Below are positions 20,580-31,678 of a stretch of DNA of 64,000 nucleotides, piece after piece. The DNA is from Acidaminobacteraceae bacterium (lineage in GTDB: Bacteria; Bacillota; Clostridia; Peptostreptococcales; Acidaminobacteraceae), in NCBI GenBank assembly GCA_041781135.1, contig JBHAZV010000006.1:8276-72275 (forward strand). Direction: 5' to 3'. The first letter of the stretch is position 1, and each line of letters starts with the position of its first letter. A program made the position numbers and the translations under genes. The notes beneath the pieces are model-generated. The model saw nothing but the letters and a program-made list of their open reading frames with translations, made no database searches and had not been told where the DNA came from.

Positions 20580-21355
20580 TTATTTCTCCTGTACGATTTG
20601 TCGACAATGCTTATTTCTATGTAGTCGACCTCTATCAGGTTGTTGGAATCGCTGCCGTATGCGTGCATCAGGACTCTCACCGCGGGCTTGTCCATCGAAA
20701 ATGTCGTGAGTATCCTCTGCGACTGCCCCAGCTTGTATGTGAGGGCATTCGTGCGCGTGTCGTACGAAAACACTTCCTCGATCCATTCGCCATAGATGGG
20801 CTTAAAAATTTCATAATTCTGATTTATTTCCCAATCAGCCGCAAGCATGCGGAATACATCCTTGCCTGGTCGCCTCTCCTTGTGAATTAGATCATATGAA
20901 TACTCCACAAGCCCCATGCAGTCGCCGAGAGAACTAAACCAGCTGTTTCCCGTCCACGGCCTGGGTATGAGCTCCTCGTCATCAGTCTGATACATAGCCA
21001 TGCCACCAGCAAATATTCCCTCACCGCGAGTGATGCGTATTTTGCGCTTTATCGTTATGACGCTCCCCGGCGGAACATCTATAGGCTTTGAAACAAACAT
21101 AGGCATCCTGCCGCCGGAAGAACTGTAAAGTTCGAGATATCCATCCTCTATCCGAGAAAGTTCCGGAGCGCGCTCAAAGCTGCCAAAGCTGCTTACATGC
21201 CAAAAATCGTCAAGCTCTTCGCTTCCATTGAAATCGAAGCGATACACCTGATTCATTCTCTGGGAATCCGCTATCTGCAATATTGAAATTGCCATAATCG
21301 CAAGCAACGCCAACATCGCGCTAAAAAATATGAATTTTGTCCTCTTGCCGCTCAC
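20576..21355 (-). CDS. Hypothetical membrane-anchored protein
   Basis: 259 aa with an N-terminal TM (FIFFSAMLALLAIMAISIL). No motif recognised. 4-nt overlap with recX. GTG start. Confidence 0.5.
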   Translation of the reverse strand: MSGKRTKFIFFSAMLALLAIMAISILQIADSQRMNQVYRFDFNGSEELDDFWHVSSFGSFERAPELSRIEDGYLELYSSSGGRMPMFVSKPIDVPPGSVITIKRKIRITRGEGIFAGGMAMYQTDDEELIPRPWTGNSWFSSLGDCMGLVEYSYDLIHKERRPGKDVFRMLAADWEINQNYEIFKPIYGEWIEEVFSYDTRTNALTYKLGQSQRILTTFSMDKPAVRVLMHAYGSDSNNLIEVDYIEISIVDKSYRRNK

Positions 21356-21361
21356 CCTGCA

Positions 21362-21390
21362 AGTCTACCAAAAAAATGACTAAAAGTCAA
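21362..21390 (-). promoter_or_regulatory. Promoter TTGACT-17-TAGACT placed 6 nt before GTG 21355 (leaderless geometry)
   Basis: -35 rc at 21385-21390, -10 rc at 21362-21367, 6 nt at 21356-21361, start codon 21353-21355. No SD. Confidence 0.5.
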
Positions 21391-21464
21391 GAGCAGCGCG
21401 AAGCCGGAAATACTGGAATCACTGCGCTTTATCGTTTGTATACATTTTTTTACATTTGTTTTTA

Positions 21465-21493
21465 TTGCTAATTTAATCCGATTGCGCTAATAT
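21465..21493 (+). promoter_or_regulatory. Promoter TTGCTA-17-TAATAT placed 6 nt before the MATE ATG (leaderless geometry)
   Basis: -35 at 21465-21470, -10 at 21488-21493, 6 nt at 21494-21499, ATG 21500. No SD. Confidence 0.55.
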
Positions 21494-21499
21494 AGCCGT

Positions 21500-22855
21500 A
21501 TGAATTTAAGCATAAAAAACAACAGAGATTTTTACGATAAGATGCTGAGCATAGCTGTTCCTGTCACGATTTCAAACCTTATCTCATCCGCGCTTAGCCT
21601 CGTCGACAATATAATGATCGGTCAATTGGACGCACAGCACATATCCGCTACAGGACTGGCAAATCAAATTTCATTTATACTGATGCTCATTTTCTTCGGG
21701 ATAAACTCGGGAACTTGTATTTTCGTCGCTCAATACTGGGGAAATGGCGATAAATCGAGCGTAAAAAAAGTAATGGCAATAAGCTACCTCATATCTACCG
21801 CGCTTGCGGCGGTATTCTTTTTAATTTCGTTTTTCTTTACAGAAAGCATTATGAGCATGCTCACTCAGGACGCAAGAGTAGTAGAGCTCGGAGTACATTA
21901 CCTGCGCATTTTGGCTCCTTCCTTCCTACTGAGCGGAATAGGAGCTCCCATAATGTTCGCTACCCGCAGCGTAAACAGCGCAAAAATAGGGATGTACGCG
22001 AGCACCGCATCCATAGTTGTAAATGCCGTGCTCAACTATATCCTAATCTTCGGAAAACTGGGACTTCCGGCGCTCGGCATAAGCGGCGCTGCGATAGCGA
22101 CCGTAATAGCGCGAGTAGTAGAACTGAGCCTGCTCATATATCTTTCGCAAAAACTGACGCCTGTATTAAGCATTGGAATCAAAGACATTTTCAGTGTCCC
22201 CAAAGATCTGTTCAATAAGGTCGTAAAGAAAGCTCTGCCGGTAATTGCAAACGAGGGGTTATGGTCGCTCGGAATGGCTGCAATCACTGTTATTTACGCC
22301 AAAATATCCACCGAAGCATCCGCAGCCATATTTGTTGCCGATACTGTCCGAATGATATTCACAGTAATATCATTCGGAGTCGGAAACGCCGCCGCCGTAA
22401 TGCTCGGCAACGCATTGGGCAACGGAGAAATACAAAAGGCGATCGACTACAACAAAAAATTCCTCACAATAAACGTATTGCTCGGAATTATTATGGGCAC
22501 GTGCCTGTACCTCGTATCTAAATTTATTGTCACCACGTTCTATAATCTTGACGAATCGGCGAGCTCCATGGCTATTGCCGCGCTGCACATACTCGCATTC
22601 TCTCTGCCTATGAAATTCTATAATTTAGTCACCATCACGGGCACATTCAGAGCGGGCGGCGACACAGTTTTCTCGCTTATAATAGAAACTTTCGGCGTAT
22701 GGGGCGTAGGAATACCTATAACTTATTTTACCGGACTTGTGCTCGGGCTGCCGCTGCACTGGGTCGTGCTCGCCGCAAATGCCGACGAGCTGTTCAAAGT
22801 GCTGGCAGGGACTCCAAGAGTCCTCTCCAACAAATGGGCAAAAAGACTTGTATAG
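21500..22855 (+). CDS. MATE-family efflux transporter
   Basis: 451 aa with about 12 TM helices. N-terminus typical of MatE (MLSIAVPVTISNLISSALSLVDNIMIGQL). Confidence 0.85.
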   Translation: MNLSIKNNRDFYDKMLSIAVPVTISNLISSALSLVDNIMIGQLDAQHISATGLANQISFILMLIFFGINSGTCIFVAQYWGNGDKSSVKKVMAISYLISTALAAVFFLISFFFTESIMSMLTQDARVVELGVHYLRILAPSFLLSGIGAPIMFATRSVNSAKIGMYASTASIVVNAVLNYILIFGKLGLPALGISGAAIATVIARVVELSLLIYLSQKLTPVLSIGIKDIFSVPKDLFNKVVKKALPVIANEGLWSLGMAAITVIYAKISTEASAAIFVADTVRMIFTVISFGVGNAAAVMLGNALGNGEIQKAIDYNKKFLTINVLLGIIMGTCLYLVSKFIVTTFYNLDESASSMAIAALHILAFSLPMKFYNLVTITGTFRAGGDTVFSLIIETFGVWGVGIPITYFTGLVLGLPLHWVVLAANADELFKVLAGTPRVLSNKWAKRLV

Positions 22856-22860
22856 CAGTT

Positions 22861-24471
22861 CTATTTGAGAGCGCTTATCAATTGATTCATCGCGTCCGCC
22901 CTGTGGCTGATGCGGTTTTTTTCTTCCGGGGAAAGCTCAGCCATGGTATTCCCACACGGAAGCTCAAAGAGCGGATCATAGCCAAATCCGCCTTCTCCCC
23001 TCGGAATCCTGCCTATTACGCCGAGCACCTCTCCTCTGAAAGAACGTTTGACTTTCTTGCCACACCGATCCCTGAACACAAGTGTAATCACCGAAACAAA
23101 TCGCGCCGTTCTTTCCGCGGCGGAATCCGCCTCCAAATCGCGCAATTTTTTGAGCAGCAGCAAGTTATTTGCCTCGTCTGATTTCTCTTCTCCTGCATAT
23201 CTTGCGGAACGCACTCCCGGCTCGCCGCCGAGCGCATCGACCATAAGCCCCGAATCATCAGCTATCGCCTGAAAGCCGTACTTTTCAAAAATATAATCAG
23301 CCTTTATCGCCGAATTCTCTTCAAATGTGAGCCCATCCTCGACTATATCGTCATATATTCCGGCGTCCGCCATCGAAATAACATCTATTCCATACGGCGC
23401 AACCATTGCCTTTATCTCGGAAATCTTGTGTTTATTATTTGATGCGATCACAAATTTTTTGTCGTCTCCGAGCCTGATTTTTGAAGTATTATTCGATAAA
23501 GACGCGCATAAATCCAAGGATTTTGCCCTGTAAATTTCGTCGGAATTTGGAGGCTGTATTTCCACCGCCTCACCCGATTCTATGCCAAGAATCGCAGTTT
23601 CCTCCGTACATATACCTATACGAGTCAACCTGATGCCGCTGCCTTCAAACGCCGCTTCAAGCGCAGCGGAGTTCTCCGGCGCTACCGCTATGAGCATCGA
23701 ACCGCTCCCGATAAGCCTGAGCGGATCTATGCCTAATTCGCTGCATTTTTCAGCAGTTATACTTAGCATCGGGATGCTTGCAATATCTATCCTGGAACCA
23801 ACACCCGAAGCGGTGCACATCTCATGAATCGCACCGAGCACCCCTCCTTCGGTGATGTCATGCATTGCGCTTACTCCACAGCCTGATGCGATCTCGCCGT
23901 CACGCTTTACAGAAATAAATGAACCAATTTTGCTTCGAAGCGATTCATCATCCACAAGCAAAAATGTACCCTCTATTCCTGCATACTTTGTCATATAAAG
24001 CAGATCCTGCGGCTTCGCCCCACCTGTCCTCTTCAGCAGGGAGGCCGCAACCCTTCCGACGGCTACGGCGCTCACAACTATGCGATTCACCGAGGACGTG
24101 CGCTCTGTATGACCGCCTATTATCTCGACGCCAAACTCTGCGGCGCGCGCGCCGGCTTCCATTATGACAGACTCTATATCCTCGTCGCTTGAGCCTACAG
24201 GCGCAAGCACTGTCAAAAGCATACACACCGCAGCGCATCCGCTCGACGCGAGATCGTTTATACACACATCCACAGCAAGTCTGCCGTGATGCTCATCCGC
24301 CGCGGTTATCGGATCGCTCGTCAAAACTATCGCCTCGCCGTCCACTGCAAACGCAGCTACATCCTCGCCTATAGAAGGTCCTATCAGAATGTCGTTTCTA
24401 AATTTAGGAAGTTTTTCCAAAATTTTGCCCAGCTCCTGATTGGACAATTTTCCCTCTTTACTCACAAACAC
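22861..24471 (-). CDS. Fusion protein: AIR-synthase-related (PurM-like superfamily) N-domain + RdgB/HAM1 non-canonical purine NTP pyrophosphatase C-domain
   Basis: Residues about 1-330 read GEDVAAF...SDPIT...AVDVCINDLASSG...GGHTE...AMHDITEGG (PurM/ThiL/HypE-like). Residues about 340-536 read VIASNNKHKISE...ADDSGLMVDALGGEPGVRSARYAG...GGFGYDPLF...KNRISHRADA (RdgB). Confidence 0.75.
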   Translation of the reverse strand: MFVSKEGKLSNQELGKILEKLPKFRNDILIGPSIGEDVAAFAVDGEAIVLTSDPITAADEHHGRLAVDVCINDLASSGCAAVCMLLTVLAPVGSSDEDIESVIMEAGARAAEFGVEIIGGHTERTSSVNRIVVSAVAVGRVAASLLKRTGGAKPQDLLYMTKYAGIEGTFLLVDDESLRSKIGSFISVKRDGEIASGCGVSAMHDITEGGVLGAIHEMCTASGVGSRIDIASIPMLSITAEKCSELGIDPLRLIGSGSMLIAVAPENSAALEAAFEGSGIRLTRIGICTEETAILGIESGEAVEIQPPNSDEIYRAKSLDLCASLSNNTSKIRLGDDKKFVIASNNKHKISEIKAMVAPYGIDVISMADAGIYDDIVEDGLTFEENSAIKADYIFEKYGFQAIADDSGLMVDALGGEPGVRSARYAGEEKSDEANNLLLLKKLRDLEADSAAERTARFVSVITLVFRDRCGKKVKRSFRGEVLGVIGRIPRGEGGFGYDPLFELPCGNTMAELSPEEKNRISHRADAMNQLISALK

Positions 24472-24473
24472 CT

Positions 24474-26456
<1,983 letters not shown>

Positions 26457-28694
26457 CTATTTTTTCTTCATCGGCGCAAGCTTTGCACTCAGTTTTTTTA
26501 TGCCATTGTCGTCGAATGCTACTCTTACATATTCTTTCTCTACTTCGACTACAATGCCTTCTCCAAATGCGTCGTGAACCACCTTGTCGCCAGCGCGATA
26601 GTCCGCTTTGCTGACCGCGCCCTTGTTCAAATAGCTGCGTTTGTCGAGCGCAGGTGTTTTAACCTTGCCAAACCCCGCGCCGCCGTAGCCCGAACTGCCC
26701 CGAACCGACCTGCCGTAGTCAGATTCGCTAAAACCCGAACCGCCATAGCCTGCGCCGCGACCGCTAAATGCACTCGAAAAATCGACATCGCCTGCGGATA
26801 TGCTCCCGCCGCCCATATTTTTTATATATGAAAGCGGAATCTCGCCCAAAAATCTCGACGGAGCAATTCTCTGCGGCTGGTCGCCATACATATAGCGGGT
26901 CTGCATATTTGTTATATACAGCAATTCCTTGGCGCGCGTGATCGCGACATAGCAAAGCCTGCGCTCCTCTTCGAGCTGGCTCTGGTCATCTTTTGAACGC
27001 GCACTCGGCAGAATTTCTTCGCCAAAACCCACAATAAAAACAACTTCATATTCAAGTCCCTTAGCAGAATGTATTGTCATTAAGGTGACCTTGTCGTCAT
27101 CGTAATCCATGTCGTCCTGATCCGAACGCAGCGCAGTATCCTCTAAAAATTCCCTTAGATTGAGCAAGCCTGCATTTTCATTGACATAGCTCTGGAACTC
27201 GTAAATATTGTCTATTCGCGAATCTGCTTCCGTCGTGCCCTCTTTTTCGTAGAGTTCGATAATGCGCGTAACGCTGAGGAGCTGCCTGAACAACTCGTCG
27301 ATCCCGAGCACATCCGAGGCTGCGCTGAGCTCGAGCATATTCTGCGCAAAGCGCACTATCTCCATCTGAGTAGACTTTTTAATACCGGAAATCTCTTCCG
27401 CTCTAAGCGCTGCATTTATCAGCGAAAGCTTGTTTTTGTCCGCAAAACTGTACAGCTTCTCTAAGCTTGTCGCGCCGATTCCGCGCTTCGGAGTGTTTAT
27501 GACCCTTTCAAATGAAATATTGTCAGCCGGGTTGTATGCAAGGCGCAAATATGCAAGCATGTCCTTAATTTCCTTGCGGTCGAAAAACTTGTGCCCGCCG
27601 TAGACATTGTAAGGTATTCCGCGGTTTCTGAATTCAAGTTCAAGCTGCCGCGACTGGGCATTGTTGCGGTAGAGCACCGCAAAATGCTTGTAATCGTAGT
27701 CTCCATGCAGCTTCTCGATTTCCTGCGAGACAAAAATCGCCTCTTCTCTGTCGGTGGCAGCCCTGTAATAACGTATTTTTTCGCCATCTCCCTTATCGGA
27801 CCAGAGATTTTTGTCGGGTCGGTTTGTGTTGTTCTGAATTACGCTGTTTGCGGCATTCAATATATTGAGAGTTGAGCGATAATTTTGTTCAAGCACTACA
27901 AGCTTGGAATTGGAAAAATCCCGCTCAAAATTTTGTATATTCTTTATATTGGCTCCTCGCCATTTGTAGATGCTCTGATCTATATCGCCAACCGCAAACA
28001 CATTTACCCTTGTGTCGTCCTCGGAGCAGAGGAGCTTTACCAGCCTGAACTGCACCGAGTTTGTATCTTGGTATTCGTCGATATGTATATATCTGAAACG
28101 CTCCGTATAGCTGCGGCGCACCTCGGGAAAATCTTCTAAAAGCCGGATCACATTGAGTATGAGATCGTCAAAATCCATGCAGTTGTTCGATTTAAGTTCG
28201 TCGTTGTAACGCCTGATGAGTTCGAGTTCTATATCTTTGAGCCATGTGCGGCTGCCGTTCTTGTAGTTTGAAATGATGGAGAGCGCGTCCTTTGGGTCGT
28301 AGCTGAGATCGAGTTCTTTTATAACTTTTTTGGCGAGCGCTTTTTGGTCGGTGGTGTCGTATATCGCGAAGTTCGGTTCATATCCGAGCAGTTTCGCGTG
28401 CTGCCGGAGTATTCGCACGCATATTGAATGAAAAGTACCGGTCCACATTGTGCGTATGCCCGGTATATTCATCGCTATAAGCCTTGTCCTGACAACTTCT
28501 GCAGCCTTGTTTGTAAATGTGAATACGAGTATTTCATCCGGAAATGCCTTGCCGCTTGCTATCAGATTGCCTATCCTCATGGTAAGCACGCTCGTCTTTC
28601 CGCTGCCCGCGCCCGCCATAACAAGAACGGAGCGATCAAGCTCGCTGACCGCCTCCATTTGTCTGCTATTTAATCCAACTAAATTCAGTTCCAT
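26457..28694 (-). CDS. pcrA: ATP-dependent DNA helicase PcrA/UvrD
   Basis: 745 aa. Motifs: AGAGSGKT, TFTNKAA, IHIDEYQDTN, TIHSAKGLEY. Confidence 0.95.
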   Translation of the reverse strand: MELNLVGLNSRQMEAVSELDRSVLVMAGAGSGKTSVLTMRIGNLIASGKAFPDEILVFTFTNKAAEVVRTRLIAMNIPGIRTMWTGTFHSICVRILRQHAKLLGYEPNFAIYDTTDQKALAKKVIKELDLSYDPKDALSIISNYKNGSRTWLKDIELELIRRYNDELKSNNCMDFDDLILNVIRLLEDFPEVRRSYTERFRYIHIDEYQDTNSVQFRLVKLLCSEDDTRVNVFAVGDIDQSIYKWRGANIKNIQNFERDFSNSKLVVLEQNYRSTLNILNAANSVIQNNTNRPDKNLWSDKGDGEKIRYYRAATDREEAIFVSQEIEKLHGDYDYKHFAVLYRNNAQSRQLELEFRNRGIPYNVYGGHKFFDRKEIKDMLAYLRLAYNPADNISFERVINTPKRGIGATSLEKLYSFADKNKLSLINAALRAEEISGIKKSTQMEIVRFAQNMLELSAASDVLGIDELFRQLLSVTRIIELYEKEGTTEADSRIDNIYEFQSYVNENAGLLNLREFLEDTALRSDQDDMDYDDDKVTLMTIHSAKGLEYEVVFIVGFGEEILPSARSKDDQSQLEEERRLCYVAITRAKELLYITNMQTRYMYGDQPQRIAPSRFLGEIPLSYIKNMGGGSISAGDVDFSSAFSGRGAGYGGSGFSESDYGRSVRGSSGYGGAGFGKVKTPALDKRSYLNKGAVSKADYRAGDKVVHDAFGEGIVVEVEKEYVRVAFDDNGIKKLSAKLAPMKKK

Positions 28695-28707
28695 TTTTCT
28701 CCCTATG

Positions 28708-29142
28708 CTACAGAGTGAGATCCACGAGCAGCCCCTGTATCTCTCCTACTCTTTTTAGGAGGTTAAGTTCTCGCTGTTCCCGCCTGAGTATGATATTGGT
28801 GAGATCTATAAGTTTTTTGTCTATCTCGGAGACTGTTCTAAGTATTTTTGTCCTGCCTGCTCTCGAAAAACCGCGCCTTTCCTTTAATTCGAAACCTTTG
28901 TCGAGCACTTCCTCAATAAACTCTCTGATCATCTCCTTGTAAATATAGAGATTTTCGATAGTTCGCTCCTCTGTCAGCGCCTTTCCCTTTTTGTCTATCT
29001 CGCTGAGAGCCTGCTCCAGGGCGTGCTTTTGAGAATCGTAGTCCTTCTGTGCAAGTATCTCGGTAAAAGTGATTCGGGGGGCTTCTGTTTTTTTCTTGAT
29101 TCCGGCGCTGCTGTTTTTAGAATCTACTTTGCGTACCTTCAT
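28708..29142 (-). CDS. YaaR/DUF327-family protein
   Basis: 144 aa. Size and central/C-terminal pattern (LYIYKEMIREFIEEVL...RRGFSRAGRTKILRTVSEIDKKL) match my recollection of DUF327. Confidence 0.55.
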   Translation of the reverse strand: MKVRKVDSKNSSAGIKKKTEAPRITFTEILAQKDYDSQKHALEQALSEIDKKGKALTEERTIENLYIYKEMIREFIEEVLDKGFELKERRGFSRAGRTKILRTVSEIDKKLIDLTNIILRREQRELNLLKRVGEIQGLLVDLTL

Positions 29143-29143
29143 C

Positions 29144-29455
29144 TCATTTACCTCCCGGATTTCTTTTAATTCTTGCCGCGACTATGCCGACAAGTGCGTA
29201 AACCTGCGGCGGGATGCTGTCCCTTATGTCGGTAGTCAGCATGTGCTTAAGTTTTTCGGGGTCGCGCTCTATACCGACAGCGCGCCTTTCGGTCGAGCGA
29301 TCGCCTGCAAAATCTCCGGCTGAACTGCTGTCTGCCACACCGCGCGCCGTGCCGCCGCTGCATTTGTCGGCAGCGTCTTTACCGGCAGCATCTTTACCAG
29401 CTGATGCGATAAATTCCTCTGCAATCCGCTTCTTTGCCTGATTATCACATGTCAT
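29144..29455 (-). CDS. Small hypothetical protein, weak FlhB-C-terminal/YlqH-like tail
   Basis: 103 aa. The C-terminus RDPEKLKHMLTTDIRDSIPPQVYALVGIVAARI resembles the ...EDPxL...IPxELYxxVAEILAF end of EscU/FlhB-C-like proteins. Low-complexity middle. 4-nt overlap with the upstream ORF. Confidence 0.35.
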   Translation of the reverse strand: MTCDNQAKKRIAEEFIASAGKDAAGKDAADKCSGGTARGVADSSSAGDFAGDRSTERRAVGIERDPEKLKHMLTTDIRDSIPPQVYALVGIVAARIKRNPGGK

Positions 29456-31572
29456 ATTTTAGCCTCAAATCCGTACTCGCTGCGCTCACGGCCAAATTTC
29501 TCTTCGGAACGCCGCGCAGACGCCCCCTTTTCGACAAGGAGAGCCGGTTTATCAGAAAGAGGATTTTGCCTGACAGAAACAAGCCTGTAGCCTATGCCTG
29601 CAAGCTCGTCTTCAAGACCCGACCAGTCGAGTGTCTCTTCTCCATACATATCTATTTTAACATTAGCTCCATTTATTGAAAACCTAAGCCCTAATTTTTC
29701 GCGATCAGAAAAGCGCAGAGCAAAGTATACATCAGTATTGCGCCAATCTATTACATTTTCGTCGCATTTTCCGTTCACAAAAACCTTTAACCCACCTACC
29801 TCTCCATCCGCCTCTACCGGCACCTCAAAAACGTAAAAGCTGCGGCGTCTGCCGTCTGAATCATTAAGCATCTGCTGTCCTGTAAGCGAAGCTGAAAAAT
29901 TTCCGTCCCCGAAAATTTCCTTTAAGTTTTTGAGTCCGCCCGCAATACCTGTCGCCTCGTATTTCTCTATTTCGTGATTTATGCCTGTAAATCGCGCAAG
30001 TTCGAGCATATCTCTCGCGCTTCCGCCCGAAAACAAGGAAAGTGCCGAAGCGACTCTCTGAACAGGTTTTTCCGGCAGCACGCCCACTTCGGCAGCTAAC
30101 TTCTGCTGCGCCATAAGCTTTATTTTTCGGATAGACGGTTTAAAATTCAGCACTTCAAGCTGCTCCGACACCTCCCTGACTATCCGCCTTGCCGTTTCGT
30201 AATCTCTGTTTCCAAATGCTGCGGACGCTTCCTCGAGTCTTGCTATACTCAGCAAAAGCGTTTTTTCTGTCTTCATATCCGAAAGCATTGCAAAAGCGCT
30301 TTTGTTTATCGCCGAGTTCAGCGCTTCTATCGCACTCCTGACCGAAGAAAGATCGGCATTTTTGAGAGTGCTCAGCACCGAAGTCTGCACGGCGCGGAAC
30401 TCCCTTGCGGCCCTTATTGTAACTTCTGTCTGCTCAGTTACAAGGTATGTTCTCAGGTCAAAAGACTGCACCACGCTGTCAAGGGCTTCGAGCATCCCGG
30501 ATATTGCCGCGTCCACGAGCATTTCGATCCCGTCAAAATCCTCGGCACTGCAAACAGAAGAATCACTTGCAGGCTCATCGACGGATTTTGATGCTGTATC
30601 GGCAGAATCCACATCGCTTAATCCATCTGCCGTATCGTCGGAAAGCACTGTATCAGCCGATTTTGGTGAGGCTGTTCTATCTTCATTTTTTATACCTGAG
30701 GCATAGTCGACGGTCGATGCGGCTGACGTTTCACCTGCCTCTGCCCTAAAATCCGCCTTTGCACTTAAAAAAGCTCCGCCGGATTTTGAGCTGTGCGACG
30801 CCAAATTTTCTGTAGTTACTAACTCCTTGGCGGCTGCAGAAAAATCGCACGAATTTTCCTCAGCCAAAAACGCACGCTGAATATTTGAACTTTTTTGCAG
30901 CGCCCCATTGTTACCAACGGCGGCATCGAGATTTATTTGCAGCGCCTCATTGATATTTGCGGAGGCGTCAAGCTTTATTTGAAGAACAGAATCGATGTCT
31001 GCGAAGGCGATACCCTCACCTACGGCGTTAGAAAGCCGATCGGCATATTGCATAATTATTTCAGAATTTTGCGCCGCGGAATGCCTGCCCGAATCCGACA
31101 GGGTGCGAAGCGCCTGAATCCTCTCTACGCTAATATCATCATCCGCGCCGAACGAAAAACCGTTTTCACGCATATATGCTCTTATTTTTTGAATAACATC
31201 TTTGGGAATTGCGCTTTCTGCATCGGATTCCTGCGCCTCTATTGCCTGATTCAGCACCGCTTCATCCAAAATCTGATTTCCGTGAAGTGCGCCATACGCC
31301 ATTTCTAAATTTTCCTTTGTGGGTTCTATTCCCTTAAAAAGCACAGCCGCAACCGCGTCAGCGCGATTTTCGCCACCTGTGCCGAGAAATTCATTAATAT
31401 TTTTAATATGTGCCTTATCTATAACGACAAATTTTTCGCTGCCGACCAACATTTCGAAAACAGGCGCCGCGTCGCCGATACTTACAGCATAGGTCTTAGC
31501 GGCATCGTGCCTGATATTCTGCGTTTTGATTATTCCAGTATCTCCCGTACTTACGCCGATTTTGTTTATCAT
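29452..31572 (-). CDS. Large hypothetical protein with low-complexity centre, possible FliK-like C-terminal domain
   Basis: 706 aa with a GAGGG SD. The S/A/D-rich middle and a C-terminal beta-rich region (LGLRFSINGANVKIDMYGEE...ELAGIGYRLVSV) are reminiscent of hook-length-control C-domains. No firm motif. Confidence 0.4.
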   Translation of the reverse strand: MINKIGVSTGDTGIIKTQNIRHDAAKTYAVSIGDAAPVFEMLVGSEKFVVIDKAHIKNINEFLGTGGENRADAVAAVLFKGIEPTKENLEMAYGALHGNQILDEAVLNQAIEAQESDAESAIPKDVIQKIRAYMRENGFSFGADDDISVERIQALRTLSDSGRHSAAQNSEIIMQYADRLSNAVGEGIAFADIDSVLQIKLDASANINEALQINLDAAVGNNGALQKSSNIQRAFLAEENSCDFSAAAKELVTTENLASHSSKSGGAFLSAKADFRAEAGETSAASTVDYASGIKNEDRTASPKSADTVLSDDTADGLSDVDSADTASKSVDEPASDSSVCSAEDFDGIEMLVDAAISGMLEALDSVVQSFDLRTYLVTEQTEVTIRAAREFRAVQTSVLSTLKNADLSSVRSAIEALNSAINKSAFAMLSDMKTEKTLLLSIARLEEASAAFGNRDYETARRIVREVSEQLEVLNFKPSIRKIKLMAQQKLAAEVGVLPEKPVQRVASALSLFSGGSARDMLELARFTGINHEIEKYEATGIAGGLKNLKEIFGDGNFSASLTGQQMLNDSDGRRRSFYVFEVPVEADGEVGGLKVFVNGKCDENVIDWRNTDVYFALRFSDREKLGLRFSINGANVKIDMYGEETLDWSGLEDELAGIGYRLVSVRQNPLSDKPALLVEKGASARRSEEKFGRERSEYGFEAKI

Positions 31573-31678
31573 ATTCCCTCATATGATTTTATCGGCTGCA
31601 CCGGCGTTTTTTTTAGCAAAAAAGCAAAATCTGCGCCGATTCAAGCACAGGGAATAAAATGCCAGTTCAAGCATCAAA

